In this document: piece by piece, positions 11,757-21,123 of the stretch
Layout: each line of letters begins with the position of its first letter
Numbering within the stretch: position 1 is the stretch's first letter
From: a bacterium
GTDB lineage: Bacteria > SAR324 > NAC60-12
Direction: 5' to 3'
Length of the DNA stretch: 64,000 nt
Assembly (NCBI GenBank): GCA_965209155.1
Contig: OZ242383.1
Location: forward strand, 2,080,001-2,144,000
The notes under the pieces: model-generated
Told to the model about the DNA's origin: nothing
Databases searched by the model: none
What the model saw: only the letters and a program-made list of their open reading frames with translations
Translations under genes and position numbers: made by a program

Positions 11757-12877
11757 ACGCCGTAAAACCCATTCAATTCATTTATGGCAACCAGCAATTA
11801 CAGATCGACGAAACGGTGGCCGCGCTGGTTCAGACCCTCCTGGAGAACCGCGAAGCGGAATTCACGGTGCAACGATTCGACGTCAGCGAGTTGCTCAAGG
11901 AGGATGGAGAAAGCGCAGATGAAAAAGTGGATCATTTTTGTTTGAGTTGTGACACGCTTCCTTTTTTATCGGATCGCAAAATCATTCGTTTGGAACACCT
12001 GGAAAAACTGAAATTGCCGAGAGGACAAGAAAATGAATCGCAGGACGGGGGTTCCCGCGTCACGTCACCTTCCATGTCCGCCGGTAAACGACTGTTTCAT
12101 GCAATGCAAAAGTACCTGCTGAATCCTCCGCATGGCTGTTTTTTTATCTTAACGGCCTTTGCGACTCGAGACCAGGATCTCAGTACTCCCTTGTTGAAGG
12201 CCATCAAGCAACAGGGACGCATTCAAAAATTCGTCGCCTATGACGACGACAATCCCATTGCCTGGACCATCGCCCGTGGTCGACAGAAACAACTCTCCAT
12301 GACGCCGCAGCTTGCCCGATTGCTCATTGAATTGGTTGGCAACGATTTAAACGTCCTGGACCAGGAATTAGAAAAACTTTCCTTGTTGTCTTTAAAATCC
12401 GTCAATGGGGATGAACCTCGCCCGCAATCTCTGCGCTTGAAAGAGGAAACATTGCTCGAACACGTCAGGGGGGCCAAGTCTTTTTCGATTTTCCGCATCA
12501 CCCAATCACTCTCGAATAAAGATTTGGTGGGGGCTCTGGAAACACTGGATCAAATCCTGCTGGGAAAACCCTCCGGGCCTATCGGCTTATTCGTCCTGGT
12601 ATACCGGCAATTTCGTACATTGTTGCGCATCCATTACTTCAAGCAGCAAAATCTCCCTCCACCGACGATTCTCTCCAAGCTCCAACTCCACCCTTTTTTG
12701 GGAAAACGCCTGGTGGCTCAAGCGCAGTCCTTCACCCTCGACGAATTGGAACAAATCGTGATCCACATGGCGGAGCTCGACCTGCAAATCAAATACAATG
12801 CCAAAGTCGCGCGCAGCCTCCTTCAAAACCTGTTCCAGCAAATCTGCACCGGCCACTTCCAGTCCCCAATGCCTTGA
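11753..12877 (+). CDS. holA: DNA polymerase III delta subunit
   Basis: TLPFLSDRK, LIELVGNDL...ELEKL and C-terminal ELDLQIK; ATGA overlap with the ptsP stop. Confidence 0.85.
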   Translation: MNAVKPIQFIYGNQQLQIDETVAALVQTLLENREAEFTVQRFDVSELLKEDGESADEKVDHFCLSCDTLPFLSDRKIIRLEHLEKLKLPRGQENESQDGGSRVTSPSMSAGKRLFHAMQKYLLNPPHGCFFILTAFATRDQDLSTPLLKAIKQQGRIQKFVAYDDDNPIAWTIARGRQKQLSMTPQLARLLIELVGNDLNVLDQELEKLSLLSLKSVNGDEPRPQSLRLKEETLLEHVRGAKSFSIFRITQSLSNKDLVGALETLDQILLGKPSGPIGLFVLVYRQFRTLLRIHYFKQQNLPPPTILSKLQLHPFLGKRLVAQAQSFTLDELEQIVIHMAELDLQIKYNAKVARSLLQNLFQQICTGHFQSPMP

Positions 12878-13036
12878 GACAGAAAAAAGAGAGTGGCAAA
12901 CTGATTTTATCCGGATTTTAATAATGGTAAACTCAGACTTGAGAGTTCGTTTATGAAAATCGAGAGATAGATGAACGGATGATGCTTGTTTATTGTTCAT
13001 TTTCCCTGGCATCGATTCCTCTCCTGCGAAGAAAAA

Positions 13037-13720
13037 ATGGACAAAGCGTTATTTGACGGCTATCTTATTGGGGAGCCGAACACGGTCGACAACTTTAAAT
13101 CAACTTCCTCATCCGATGTCGGTATGCTCATTTCTTTGAAGTCCCAGCAAAATTCCGCATTGTTGCCGAAAGACCAGACCCTGATCGAGGATATTATAAA
13201 GGGGGAACACGATAAGTTCGATATTCTGGTCAATCGCTACCGGAACCAGGTGTTCCGCTTTCTTCTCAAGTTCATCGACGATCCGGCCCAGGCGGAAGAT
13301 TTGGCTCAGGAAACTTTTATCGCTGCATTTCAGAATTTGGAAACCTTCCTGGGCAACGCCAAATTTTTGACCTGGCTCTTGGGAATCGCACGCAATAAAG
13401 TCATCAACGACATCAACCGGTCTGGCAAACGGCGTTCCAAGATGATTTCGGACCAGATGCTGGAAAGGCATCAATCTTCCGAAGACTCCCCCTTGGAATA
13501 CACTGAAAAAAAACAGCGTTTTTCGCTTTTAAAAAAAGCCATCGACCGGCTTGATCCGGATCTCAAAGAAGTGTTGGTCCTGGTTTCTATGGAAGGAATG
13601 TCTTACGAGGAAGTGGCACGTATGCAGGATATTCCTGTCGGAACCGTGAAAAGCAAATTATTTCGGGCAAGGATGATGTTGCGAAAATTTCTCAAAAAGA
13701 ATAAAAATGAACAATTTTAA
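13037..13720 (+). CDS. ECF RNA polymerase sigma factor (RpoE-like)
   Basis: AEDLAQETF, FLTWL and SYEEVA...PVGTVKSKLFRAR. Confidence 0.93.
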   Translation: MDKALFDGYLIGEPNTVDNFKSTSSSDVGMLISLKSQQNSALLPKDQTLIEDIIKGEHDKFDILVNRYRNQVFRFLLKFIDDPAQAEDLAQETFIAAFQNLETFLGNAKFLTWLLGIARNKVINDINRSGKRRSKMISDQMLERHQSSEDSPLEYTEKKQRFSLLKKAIDRLDPDLKEVLVLVSMEGMSYEEVARMQDIPVGTVKSKLFRARMMLRKFLKKNKNEQF

Positions 13721-13814
13721 AAAACATGGTACTTAAATTTGAGAATGATCCAATTGACAACAGAATCCCACCAGTCACACAACGATCATTTTGAATAAAT
13801 CCAATCGAATTCTC

Positions 13815-14579
13815 ATGAGCCGTCCAAAAACTATCCGCTGCGAAGATGCAATGTTCCTGATGAGCCGCCATTTAGATGGCGATATCAGTAAAGAAGAAAC
13901 CTGGCAGATCCACAATCACTCCAATTCTTGTCCCGATTGCCAGGTTCAAATGGAGGAGATGGCTGCCATCGAGTTAGAAGTCAGCGCATGTCATCAGTTC
14001 CTCGATGTTCACTCACTGGACAATCAATTCAATACCCGGGTCATGACAGCTCTTTCAGAAAAAGAAAAAGATCGTTTCCTTGTTTATTCCTGGCGTCAAC
14101 ATTTCAAAAAAATCAAGATCCTCAAATCTCTCACGCACACCCGACTCTTCCCGGTAACAGTCGGCATTTTGGGGAGTTTTCTGATATTCTTCCTGGTCGC
14201 TCCCCTTTTCCTTTCTTCCCAAGATGCTTCGCAACGTTTTTCGATTGCTGAAATACCTTTCAATCAAGCGCAAGACGAAGTGCCGTGGAACCATGAACAA
14301 ACGATCCCACCCGGTCAGGTGGCGGAATTCGTCATCAATAAAAGCGATCAAAAGTCAATTTATTTCCGCATGAGTTCTTCCCAGCCCGTCCGTATTTTGG
14401 TACGGCACAATGGCAATGACCAGGATATACAGATGCAGGGCATTCGATATGCGACTCTGAAAACACCTCAAATCAATGATGCGGTGATGATTCGCAATGA
14501 AGGCAACTCCCCCATCCGGGTCAACGCCCATTCCACACGGCCTCAGCAACTCAGTCTGAGAGCCGCCAACCGTCCTTGA
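13815..14579 (+). CDS. Zinc-finger (ZAS) anti-sigma factor with TM helix
   Basis: HSNSCPDC (HxxxCxxC) motif, one TM segment, downstream of the ECF sigma. Confidence 0.85.
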   Translation: MSRPKTIRCEDAMFLMSRHLDGDISKEETWQIHNHSNSCPDCQVQMEEMAAIELEVSACHQFLDVHSLDNQFNTRVMTALSEKEKDRFLVYSWRQHFKKIKILKSLTHTRLFPVTVGILGSFLIFFLVAPLFLSSQDASQRFSIAEIPFNQAQDEVPWNHEQTIPPGQVAEFVINKSDQKSIYFRMSSSQPVRILVRHNGNDQDIQMQGIRYATLKTPQINDAVMIRNEGNSPIRVNAHSTRPQQLSLRAANRP

Positions 14580-14709
14580 CCCAACCTTCACTTCAATAAT
14601 TCGCCTCTACCACCACATCGTTTTTTCGATTGGATTGGCTTCGGTATTACCAGTGGAGATGCTCTTCTGTTGGGGTCAAGGCGAAGGAGAGCGGAGCGCG
14701 TCAGCTGAA

Positions 14710-15375
14710 TCAGTGGGCAAACAGGCTGGTTTGCCATCCCCCATCCAAATCACCGTAACCCTGGACGAGCAGTTCGACGAGGGAAGGAAGTACTTGCTGA
14801 GCTTTCGCATTCAACTCGAGCAAAGAAGCACCGGTGCGTAGAGTGTTTCGCTGTTCCATCATTGCTTGCAAACCCTGGTAAATTCTCACCAGGTCGAGCA
14901 CGTCGTTGGCCGCGTATCGGAGTTGAGCCGACGACAGATTGGTACGAGACCAGTCACTTTGTTGCGGATCTTTATCGAGTTTTTTGCCCAATAACTCCCA
15001 AGCGAGGTCCTTCAGTCCGTGATTTTGCGTATAGGTACGGATAATTTTACTCATTACCTTCGTACAACAAAAAGGTCGTACTTCGATTTGCAAAGACGTT
15101 TTGAAAAAAGCGACGTCGGTGAGGGCAAAATGAAAAACCTTCAACACCTCTCCGGATTCCATCAACTGCCTCAGGCGTGGAGGCGGGTTCGAAGTGTCTG
15201 GTTTGACCAGGCAGACATTGGCCTGGTTATCGCAAAGCTGGACCAGGCAAATCTGATCCCGATAGAGCGTGAGTCCATGAAGCTCCGTATCGACGGCAAT
15301 TACATCTTGTTTCAGAAAGTGCTTGAACAAGTCTTGTGGAATATCAGCGACTGTCTGGTATTCAATTTTCGACAT
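14710..15375 (-). CDS. nrnC: RNase D-like DEDDy exonuclease (NrnC/nano-RNase C type)
   Basis: AVDTE, FHFA..D, CTK...RTYT..HGLK, QQSDW, YAANDV and terminal LFAH match short NrnC-type proteins. Confidence 0.8.
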   Translation of the reverse strand: MSKIEYQTVADIPQDLFKHFLKQDVIAVDTELHGLTLYRDQICLVQLCDNQANVCLVKPDTSNPPPRLRQLMESGEVLKVFHFALTDVAFFKTSLQIEVRPFCCTKVMSKIIRTYTQNHGLKDLAWELLGKKLDKDPQQSDWSRTNLSSAQLRYAANDVLDLVRIYQGLQAMMEQRNTLRTGASLLELNAKAQQVLPSLVELLVQGYGDLDGGWQTSLFAH

Positions 15376-15428
15376 GGAGTTCTATCGTTTCGTAGATGGG
15401 TATGAATAAACAATCACGCTAAAAAATT

Positions 15429-15791
15429 TTAAATTTCCTGCTCTTCCCTGAATTGCTTCCATCCCTTGTACACGCGATAAATGATCCAGACATAGACCGC
15501 GAGCAATATCAAATAACCGACGCCAAAAAAAGTAGTGAGCGTTCCAACCACTCCCAAGATTAGGCTGACCCAAAACGTGGCGATTTGCCACTTGAAATGA
15601 GATTCCAGCCATGTCCCTTTTACCTCATCCTTTTTCAAGTAATTGAGGACAACCCCAACCAGCGCCGTAATGCCGAAAAAAATCGAAAGTCCCTGCAGTA
15701 CGTAAATCCCCTGGGTGAGCGTTTTCATGGACTGCTTGGGTTGAGCTGACTGCAACGACTTGTTTTCAAATTCTTTAAGAAAATCACTCAT
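15429..15791 (-). CDS. Small membrane protein (DUF4870-like)
   Basis: GTWLESHFKWQIATFW and WIIYRVYKGW; three hydrophobic segments. Confidence 0.8.
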   Translation of the reverse strand: MSDFLKEFENKSLQSAQPKQSMKTLTQGIYVLQGLSIFFGITALVGVVLNYLKKDEVKGTWLESHFKWQIATFWVSLILGVVGTLTTFFGVGYLILLAVYVWIIYRVYKGWKQFREEQEI

Positions 15792-15908
15792 GAAGTTCCT
15801 TTGTTGTTCGATTTGATAGAAAGCCGGAAAGTTCCGTGGCTTCGCCTTTCAGACAAGCCGTTTTTTCTGTTTAGAAGCATAAACGAATTTGTACGAATGC
15901 GCAAATTA

Positions 15909-16901
15909 TTAATGGACAGGTGGGCTTTCTCGAATCGCGAGTACTACTTTGCCCATTGCCTGACGATTGGCAAGCAGTTGCAGGGCTTCTTTTGCTTGTT
16001 CATGGGGATAGATGCGTGAAATATAAGGTCGAAGCTTCCCTTGCCCGGCCCATTTGAAAAGCACCTTCCTGTTTTCTTTTGCTCCCTGAGGATTGCGTCT
16101 GCCGTATTCACCGGCCCGTACTCCCACCACGGAAAATCCTTTGATCAGGGGAATGTTGGTTTTGATCTCGGCAATGCGTCCTCCGGCAAAACCAATTACC
16201 AGCAAACGGCCGCCCCAGGCGATGCAACGCGTGGATTCGTCGAAGACGTCCCCTCCCACCGGATCATAAATCACATCAGCACCGTGTCCACCAGTCATTT
16301 CCAACACCTGTTCGCGAAATCCACAGGCAGGATGGATGAGATGATCGGCATGTTTCTGGTGGACAATTTTTATTTTTTCCTCATTACTGGCAACGCCAAT
16401 CACCCTCGCTCCCAGTAATTTCCCCATTTCCACGGCAGCCAGCCCCATCCCGCCAGAAGCGCCGTGGACCAGCAAGGTTTCCCCTTCTTGGAGCTTCCCT
16501 CGATGGTACAAAGCGACGTATGCCGTGTTGTAACCCGCCATGAATGCGGCCCCTTCCGCATAACTGAAGTTTTCGGGAAGGGGATGCAAGGCGCTTGCCG
16601 GTACAATGATTTCTTCGGCAAATCCGCCGTACCGGTGTTGCGTGATGACGCGATCTCCTCTTGCAACATCTTGCGCACCGGCACCCACTTCCACCACTTC
16701 TCCGGCGCTTTCCAACCCGGGAGTAAAAGGGAGGGGCGGTTTGAATTGGTATTTTCCCCGTATCATCAATAGATCCGGAAAGTTCACGGAAGCCGCATGC
16801 AAGGCGACTCTTACTTCTCCGGGAGCAACCGGTGGCAGTTGCACGTCTTCCAGGACCAGTTCTTCCGGAGTTCCGATTTTATGACAAACAATCGCTTTCA
16901 T
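15909..16901 (-). CDS. NADPH:quinone oxidoreductase (MDR family)
   Basis: VNFPDLL..GKYQ, PFTPGLE, VHGASGGMG and YDPVGG. Confidence 0.93.
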   Translation of the reverse strand: MKAIVCHKIGTPEELVLEDVQLPPVAPGEVRVALHAASVNFPDLLMIRGKYQFKPPLPFTPGLESAGEVVEVGAGAQDVARGDRVITQHRYGGFAEEIIVPASALHPLPENFSYAEGAAFMAGYNTAYVALYHRGKLQEGETLLVHGASGGMGLAAVEMGKLLGARVIGVASNEEKIKIVHQKHADHLIHPACGFREQVLEMTGGHGADVIYDPVGGDVFDESTRCIAWGGRLLVIGFAGGRIAEIKTNIPLIKGFSVVGVRAGEYGRRNPQGAKENRKVLFKWAGQGKLRPYISRIYPHEQAKEALQLLANRQAMGKVVLAIRESPPVH

Positions 16902-16922
16902 TGAATCATTCGAATTAGGGAG

Positions 16923-17873
16923 TCAGCCTCCGCCAAAGAGAGCAATTCGCTCAGTGATCAGGGAAAAAAATCCGTCCGCGTCGATGTGGGTCATCCAGGT
17001 TGCATTGGGGGGGTGGTTGGCAAGTTGACGATTGTCGACAATCGTTGCGCCCATCGTTAATTCCGAGTTGATTTCCACTGCAACGCGCACGGCTTCTCCA
17101 CGAAACAGTTCCGGACTGAGCAGGTAGGCCATCGTGCAGGGATCATGCAAAGGTGCCGTCTCCCGACTGAATTTTTTCCGGTAGGTATCCATAATGGATT
17201 CAAACAGGGTTTGAGCCAGCCTGGCAACCGGGGTGTCCTGGTTCGCCAGTGGCTCAATGCGTTTCTTCGTCATTAACGCCTGGTGCGTCACATCCAGCCC
17301 CATTACCACTAGTGGACGACCACAGTTGAAAACGACATGAGCCGCATGGGGATCCGCATAAATATTGAATTCCGCGACGGGGGTAACGTTACCCCCTGCG
17401 CGGGCGCTGCCTCCCATCAATACGATTTCTTCGATTTTCGGCAAGATACGGGGTTCTTTGACTATCGCCATTGCGATGTTGGTCAGGGGTCCCACGGGAA
17501 GCAGCGTGATCGATTGCACTTCAGCGGCCATCAGCGTTTCTACAATGAAATCAACAGCATGTAGTTCTTGTAAGGGCACCTCCGGTTCAAAGAGATCAAT
17601 TCCCAACAATCCCGATTCACCATGGAAATTTCTGGCCGTTTTCGCCTCTCTCAACATGGGTCTGGCACATCCCGCATAAATCGGGACCTCTGGAAATCCT
17701 GCCAATTGACAGATAATACGGGCGTTGCGTTGGGTCAGCTCCAACCCTACGTTTCCCGCCACCGTAGTAATGCCTAAAAGATGACATTCTCGAGAAGAAG
17801 CAAATGCGAGCAGCAAATTGATCGCATCGTCCAAGCCGGGATCGCAGTCGATGAGAATGGCGCGTTTTTTCAT
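16923..17873 (-). CDS. Inosine/uridine-preferring nucleoside hydrolase
   Basis: IDCDPGLDDA, TTVAGN, GPLTNIA, AEFNIYADP and LHDP; the upstream ORF extension derives from a MITE. Confidence 0.93.
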   Translation of the reverse strand: MKKRAILIDCDPGLDDAINLLLAFASSRECHLLGITTVAGNVGLELTQRNARIICQLAGFPEVPIYAGCARPMLREAKTARNFHGESGLLGIDLFEPEVPLQELHAVDFIVETLMAAEVQSITLLPVGPLTNIAMAIVKEPRILPKIEEIVLMGGSARAGGNVTPVAEFNIYADPHAAHVVFNCGRPLVVMGLDVTHQALMTKKRIEPLANQDTPVARLAQTLFESIMDTYRKKFSRETAPLHDPCTMAYLLSPELFRGEAVRVAVEINSELTMGATIVDNRQLANHPPNATWMTHIDADGFFSLITERIALFGGG

Positions 17874-17894
17874 ATCAATGCTCGGCAAATCCTT

Positions 17895-18081
17895 ATGCAA
17901 ATCAGGAGTTAAAAAACGTGTCATTCCTGGCTTGACCAGGAATCCAGGGGATACGGGCGATATTTTGGATTCCGGATCATCCTGGTCCCGGATACAATCC
18001 GGACGGTCCGGGACCGGCATGACACATCATGATTACTAAATTATTAATTTTATAAATTAAATTTCAACTCCTGATTCACAT
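17895..18081. mobile_element. MITE copy 1 (187 bp)
   Basis: Imperfect TIRs atgcaaatcaggagtt / aactcctgattcacat; 7-bp direct repeat aatcctt at 17888-17894 and 18082-18088; homologous to copies at 43302 and 43595. Confidence 0.85.
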
Positions 18082-18123
18082 AATCCTTTTAATTGTCTTG
18101 AACCGTCTGAATATTAACATAAA

Positions 18124-18149
18124 ATTTCCTGATTCCAAAATCAGGAAAT
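18124..18149 (-). terminator. Probable intrinsic terminator
   Basis: 11-bp stem atttcctgatt/aatcaggaaat followed by Ts on the minus strand, just downstream of the methyltransferase. Confidence 0.55.
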
Positions 18150-18174
18150 GGGTGAGCAGAACAAGAAAGCGCTT

Positions 18175-18879
18175 TTATTCTTTTTGGTGACGGCTCTTCA
18201 CCCTGGCAAAGACGACGTAAAGAGGGTCGGTGCGTCCGGGGTAGGGGGAAAGGTCTTTGAATTCTGGTCTTTCAAACCTGTCTGATTCCGCGAAATAGGA
18301 CTTCACCAGCCCGACATGACCTGCGTCTCCCGAAGTACGCCAGGCTCGTATGGCCTTGCTGGGAAAAAGACGGTTGGAAAAACTCACGCAGCACACGCCT
18401 CCCGGAAAAAGCACCCGCGCAATTTCTTTGAAGACGGCAACGGGTTGGGTCAGGTATTGTACCGAAACGGCGATCAAACACGCGTCAAAGGTGTGCTGCG
18501 CATAGGGTAGCTTGGGAATCGTATTCAGGTTTCTCACCTGAACATCACTCAGCACCGGGTTGTTCCTCAATTCCTCTTCATTCATTCCAAGCCCCGAAAC
18601 CCTTTTCCATTTCCGGTTTTCCGGTAAATGAGAGACCCAACTCGACATGAGGTCCAGCAAGGCGGCATTCTCGGGAAGCAATTGGTCGTAGAATGCTTTC
18701 AACGCCTCGCAGGCCTCATCGTCGATGTGCCGCACGAAACGGGGAACCTCGTAAAATTGCTCATCGGGGGATTCATCTTCTCTTTGATAGAATTCTTTTG
18801 GAAACAAATTTGTCCCCGAAGACCCGGTACGAGGGAATAACCATCGTTTGATCAGACTGGAAAAGACAAGCAATCGCAT
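18175..18879 (-). CDS. Class I SAM-dependent methyltransferase (Methyltransf_11-like)
   Basis: PRFVRHID, LDLMSSWVSHLP, GLGMNEEEL and SFSNRLFPSKA. Confidence 0.9.
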   Translation of the reverse strand: MRLLVFSSLIKRWLFPRTGSSGTNLFPKEFYQREDESPDEQFYEVPRFVRHIDDEACEALKAFYDQLLPENAALLDLMSSWVSHLPENRKWKRVSGLGMNEEELRNNPVLSDVQVRNLNTIPKLPYAQHTFDACLIAVSVQYLTQPVAVFKEIARVLFPGGVCCVSFSNRLFPSKAIRAWRTSGDAGHVGLVKSYFAESDRFERPEFKDLSPYPGRTDPLYVVFARVKSRHQKE

Positions 18880-18960
18880 GGAGTGGTTATTGCGGTTTGG
18901 CTTCTTGATAAATTCTCAGGTCATTAAGGAAAATTAAAATCAGGAATAAGAGAGATGGCT

Positions 18961-19788
18961 TCACTTGATTTTTTCCAGCATCTCGATTTGGTACATTTGC
19001 ACTTCAGGTGACCCAAAAATCAACTCAATACCTCGTTTGCCAATTTCACTTTGTAGCACTTTGAGTTGATCTTCTTTGGGTTGATTGGTCATGGTAAAAA
19101 TTGGAATAACTTTCCTTGGACGCTTGCTTGCCCCGTATTGTATCAATGTGTCTAAATCGGCTTTGAATTTATCCATCGGTATTTGACTGGCAGGTTTATA
19201 GTCCTTGGCCTCTATCGCGAGAATCGTTTCCCCTTTTTTGAAGACGATATCTATATCCGTTGGTCCTTTTTTCGACCCGTCATCAAACTTTTCTCCAATG
19301 CCTGAAACTTTAAAACCTCTCCCTGATCCGAAGTGAGCGATCCTGAGCTCATTCAAGTGTCCTTTTGTTACTGGAGGAGCATTACCAGCCATTTTTTTTA
19401 AAGTAGAGCGGAATCCAGGCGTATTACCCAATGTGGAAAACACGTTTTCTGCTTCTATTCTTTCCATTACATTTTTATGAACAAGAATACGCATATAAGT
19501 ATCTTCAATTTCTTCATTGGGTAAAGTAAGTTTACCAAGTTCCTCGCCAACTTGGTCTATTCCTTTGGGTTTTTCAGAGAGTTTGGAAAATTCGACTATT
19601 TCTCTATTTGATAACGAATGGGAAGATTGGAAAATTGGCGATAAATTTGGAAACGGGATAACCTCGGGAGAATTATGTATAAACTTCGTCAACAATTTCC
19701 AGAATTTATGGTCAGGAAAGGCATTTGCCTGCAGTGTTGCAATAAGCAGTGCTGCAATCAATAGATATAGAAGAATTTGTTTTTTCAT
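18961..19788 (-). CDS. Secreted protein with C-terminal PD-(D/E)xK nuclease-like motif
   Basis: Signal peptide MKKQILLYLLIAALLIATLQANA; motif GHLNEL...TDIDI...AIEAKDY. Confidence 0.65.
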   Translation of the reverse strand: MKKQILLYLLIAALLIATLQANAFPDHKFWKLLTKFIHNSPEVIPFPNLSPIFQSSHSLSNREIVEFSKLSEKPKGIDQVGEELGKLTLPNEEIEDTYMRILVHKNVMERIEAENVFSTLGNTPGFRSTLKKMAGNAPPVTKGHLNELRIAHFGSGRGFKVSGIGEKFDDGSKKGPTDIDIVFKKGETILAIEAKDYKPASQIPMDKFKADLDTLIQYGASKRPRKVIPIFTMTNQPKEDQLKVLQSEIGKRGIELIFGSPEVQMYQIEMLEKIK

Positions 19789-20029
19789 CTCGATGTTCCT
19801 TCCAGAGTCAGGTTCCAAAAAGAAAATAAGGGTCTGTCTTGCATGGCATTGAGATTATCTTATAGTGCCATCACAAAATACCCCATACCTGAGATTCTTT
19901 TCAAAACAAGCCCCCCGGATTTTGCGGTTAGATCGGGGACAGGTGATCTTCGGAGATTCTCTTTCCGGTACAGACACGAGCGAAATCCATGTATTGTACA
20001 CCAAATCCAGCAACAATTGTGGCACTTCA

Positions 20030-20104
20030 GTTGTTGAGACCTTTTTTGCCAAACGTGGAAAGTTCAATTTCAGCCATATTCAGCCATGAGGCTTTTTGGG
20101 GAGT
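20030..20104 (-). pseudogene. IS630-family transposase remnant
   Basis: Manual translation TPQKASWLNMAEIELSTF matches the IS630 TPKHxSWLNMAEIEL motif. Confidence 0.7.
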
Positions 20105-20144
20105 CAACAGCATCAAGATTGTCTGCCAGTTTTCAGGCTGCTTA

Positions 20145-20257
20145 GGGTGTAATTAAAAGTGAGGGGCAGAGAGAAATAGCCGGACAAAGGCTCAAAGAAG
20201 TAGTGCGTAAATCAGCTCAGGAAGTGCTTCAAGGCGGGTTGGCTATCAGACCGAAAT
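20145..20257 (+). mobile_element. Internally deleted fragment of the ISKra4-like IS
   Basis: 20145-20186 matches the IS end at 41267-41226; ~20197-20257 matches orfA sequence at ~40984-40923. Confidence 0.85.
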
Positions 20258-20517
20258 GGTCGTTTGCCTTAACAACGAGCGGTGTGTTATTCTCAAAAAA
20301 GCCATAGCAATCAATAGAAATACCTTGAGGGAACGCTAGACCAAGAGTTTGATGAACTCCCAGAAAATTATAGAGTGAGGAAGCTCTACTCTGATCAAAT
20401 GTTTGGCGCTAACCGAAAGCAATTTCTCCTAACCGTCTCCAAGTGGTTCGGCTATTTTGTTTTCGAGTGAGAAATGAGCATAAACAAATTTATTGACCGT
20501 GACGCGGAAAACCCTGT

Positions 20518-20769
20518 CTAGAGAGAAGTGATTTTTAGATTGATGCGGCTGAAGAGCACGTTCATGAATCCATTTATGTCCACTCTGGTAATTGAGAAAT
20601 TACCGTCTGGCTTTTTCAGAAATGCCGAAGGGTAAAAAATGACTGTAGCATCTTTGCGACGCTTTGAGATTGCGGCTAAACGTTCTTTCAGTTTTTCATC
20701 CAGCCACTTAGGATTAGACTTAACCTTCATGGAAAAGTATTCCACCCCGGAGAATGAAAATAATTTCAA
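20518..20769 (-). pseudogene. Gene fragment, possibly a ClpP/SDH-type serine protease N-terminus
   Basis: VIFYPSAFL...SITRVDINGFMN resembles the SDH_sah family start; truncated. Confidence 0.4.
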
Positions 20770-20787
20770 AGGGTTATCCCATTATTT

Positions 20788-21015
20788 TCACGGTAACCCG
20801 GAGCGGATCAACCTGCTCCACCCGAAACGGGTGAAGTCCCCGGCAAAGAATTTACGATTGCCACCCAACTCTTCACTCTGGGCGTCGATGTCATCCATGA
20901 ACTTGTAGATGAGGGCGATGGTGACCTGTTCCACCTGGCTCTTGGGGTCGGGGACTTTGCCCACCAGGACATCACGGGCGTTGTCGATTCGGCGTTTGGT
21001 GTCGGAGTCCAACAT
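20788..21015 (-). pseudogene. N-terminal fragment of a restriction-modification N6-methyltransferase (HsdM-like)
   Basis: RIDNARDVLVGKVPDPKSQVEQVTIALIYKFMDD; stops after 75 aa, before any catalytic motifs. Confidence 0.75.
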
Positions 21016-21123
21016 AATGCTCTTTTGTTCCTTTTCGAAAAAACAAGAAAGTTACTGTGAGACTTCCATCGTATTGGAAATGGCACGTAATCGCATGAAA
21101 CAATTCAGTGGGTTGGTCCCGCT

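Noticed and set aside
17874..18020. 49-aa N-terminal extension of the nucleoside hydrolase
   Set aside because: It lies mostly in MITE sequence; family similarity starts at MKKRAILIDCDPG.
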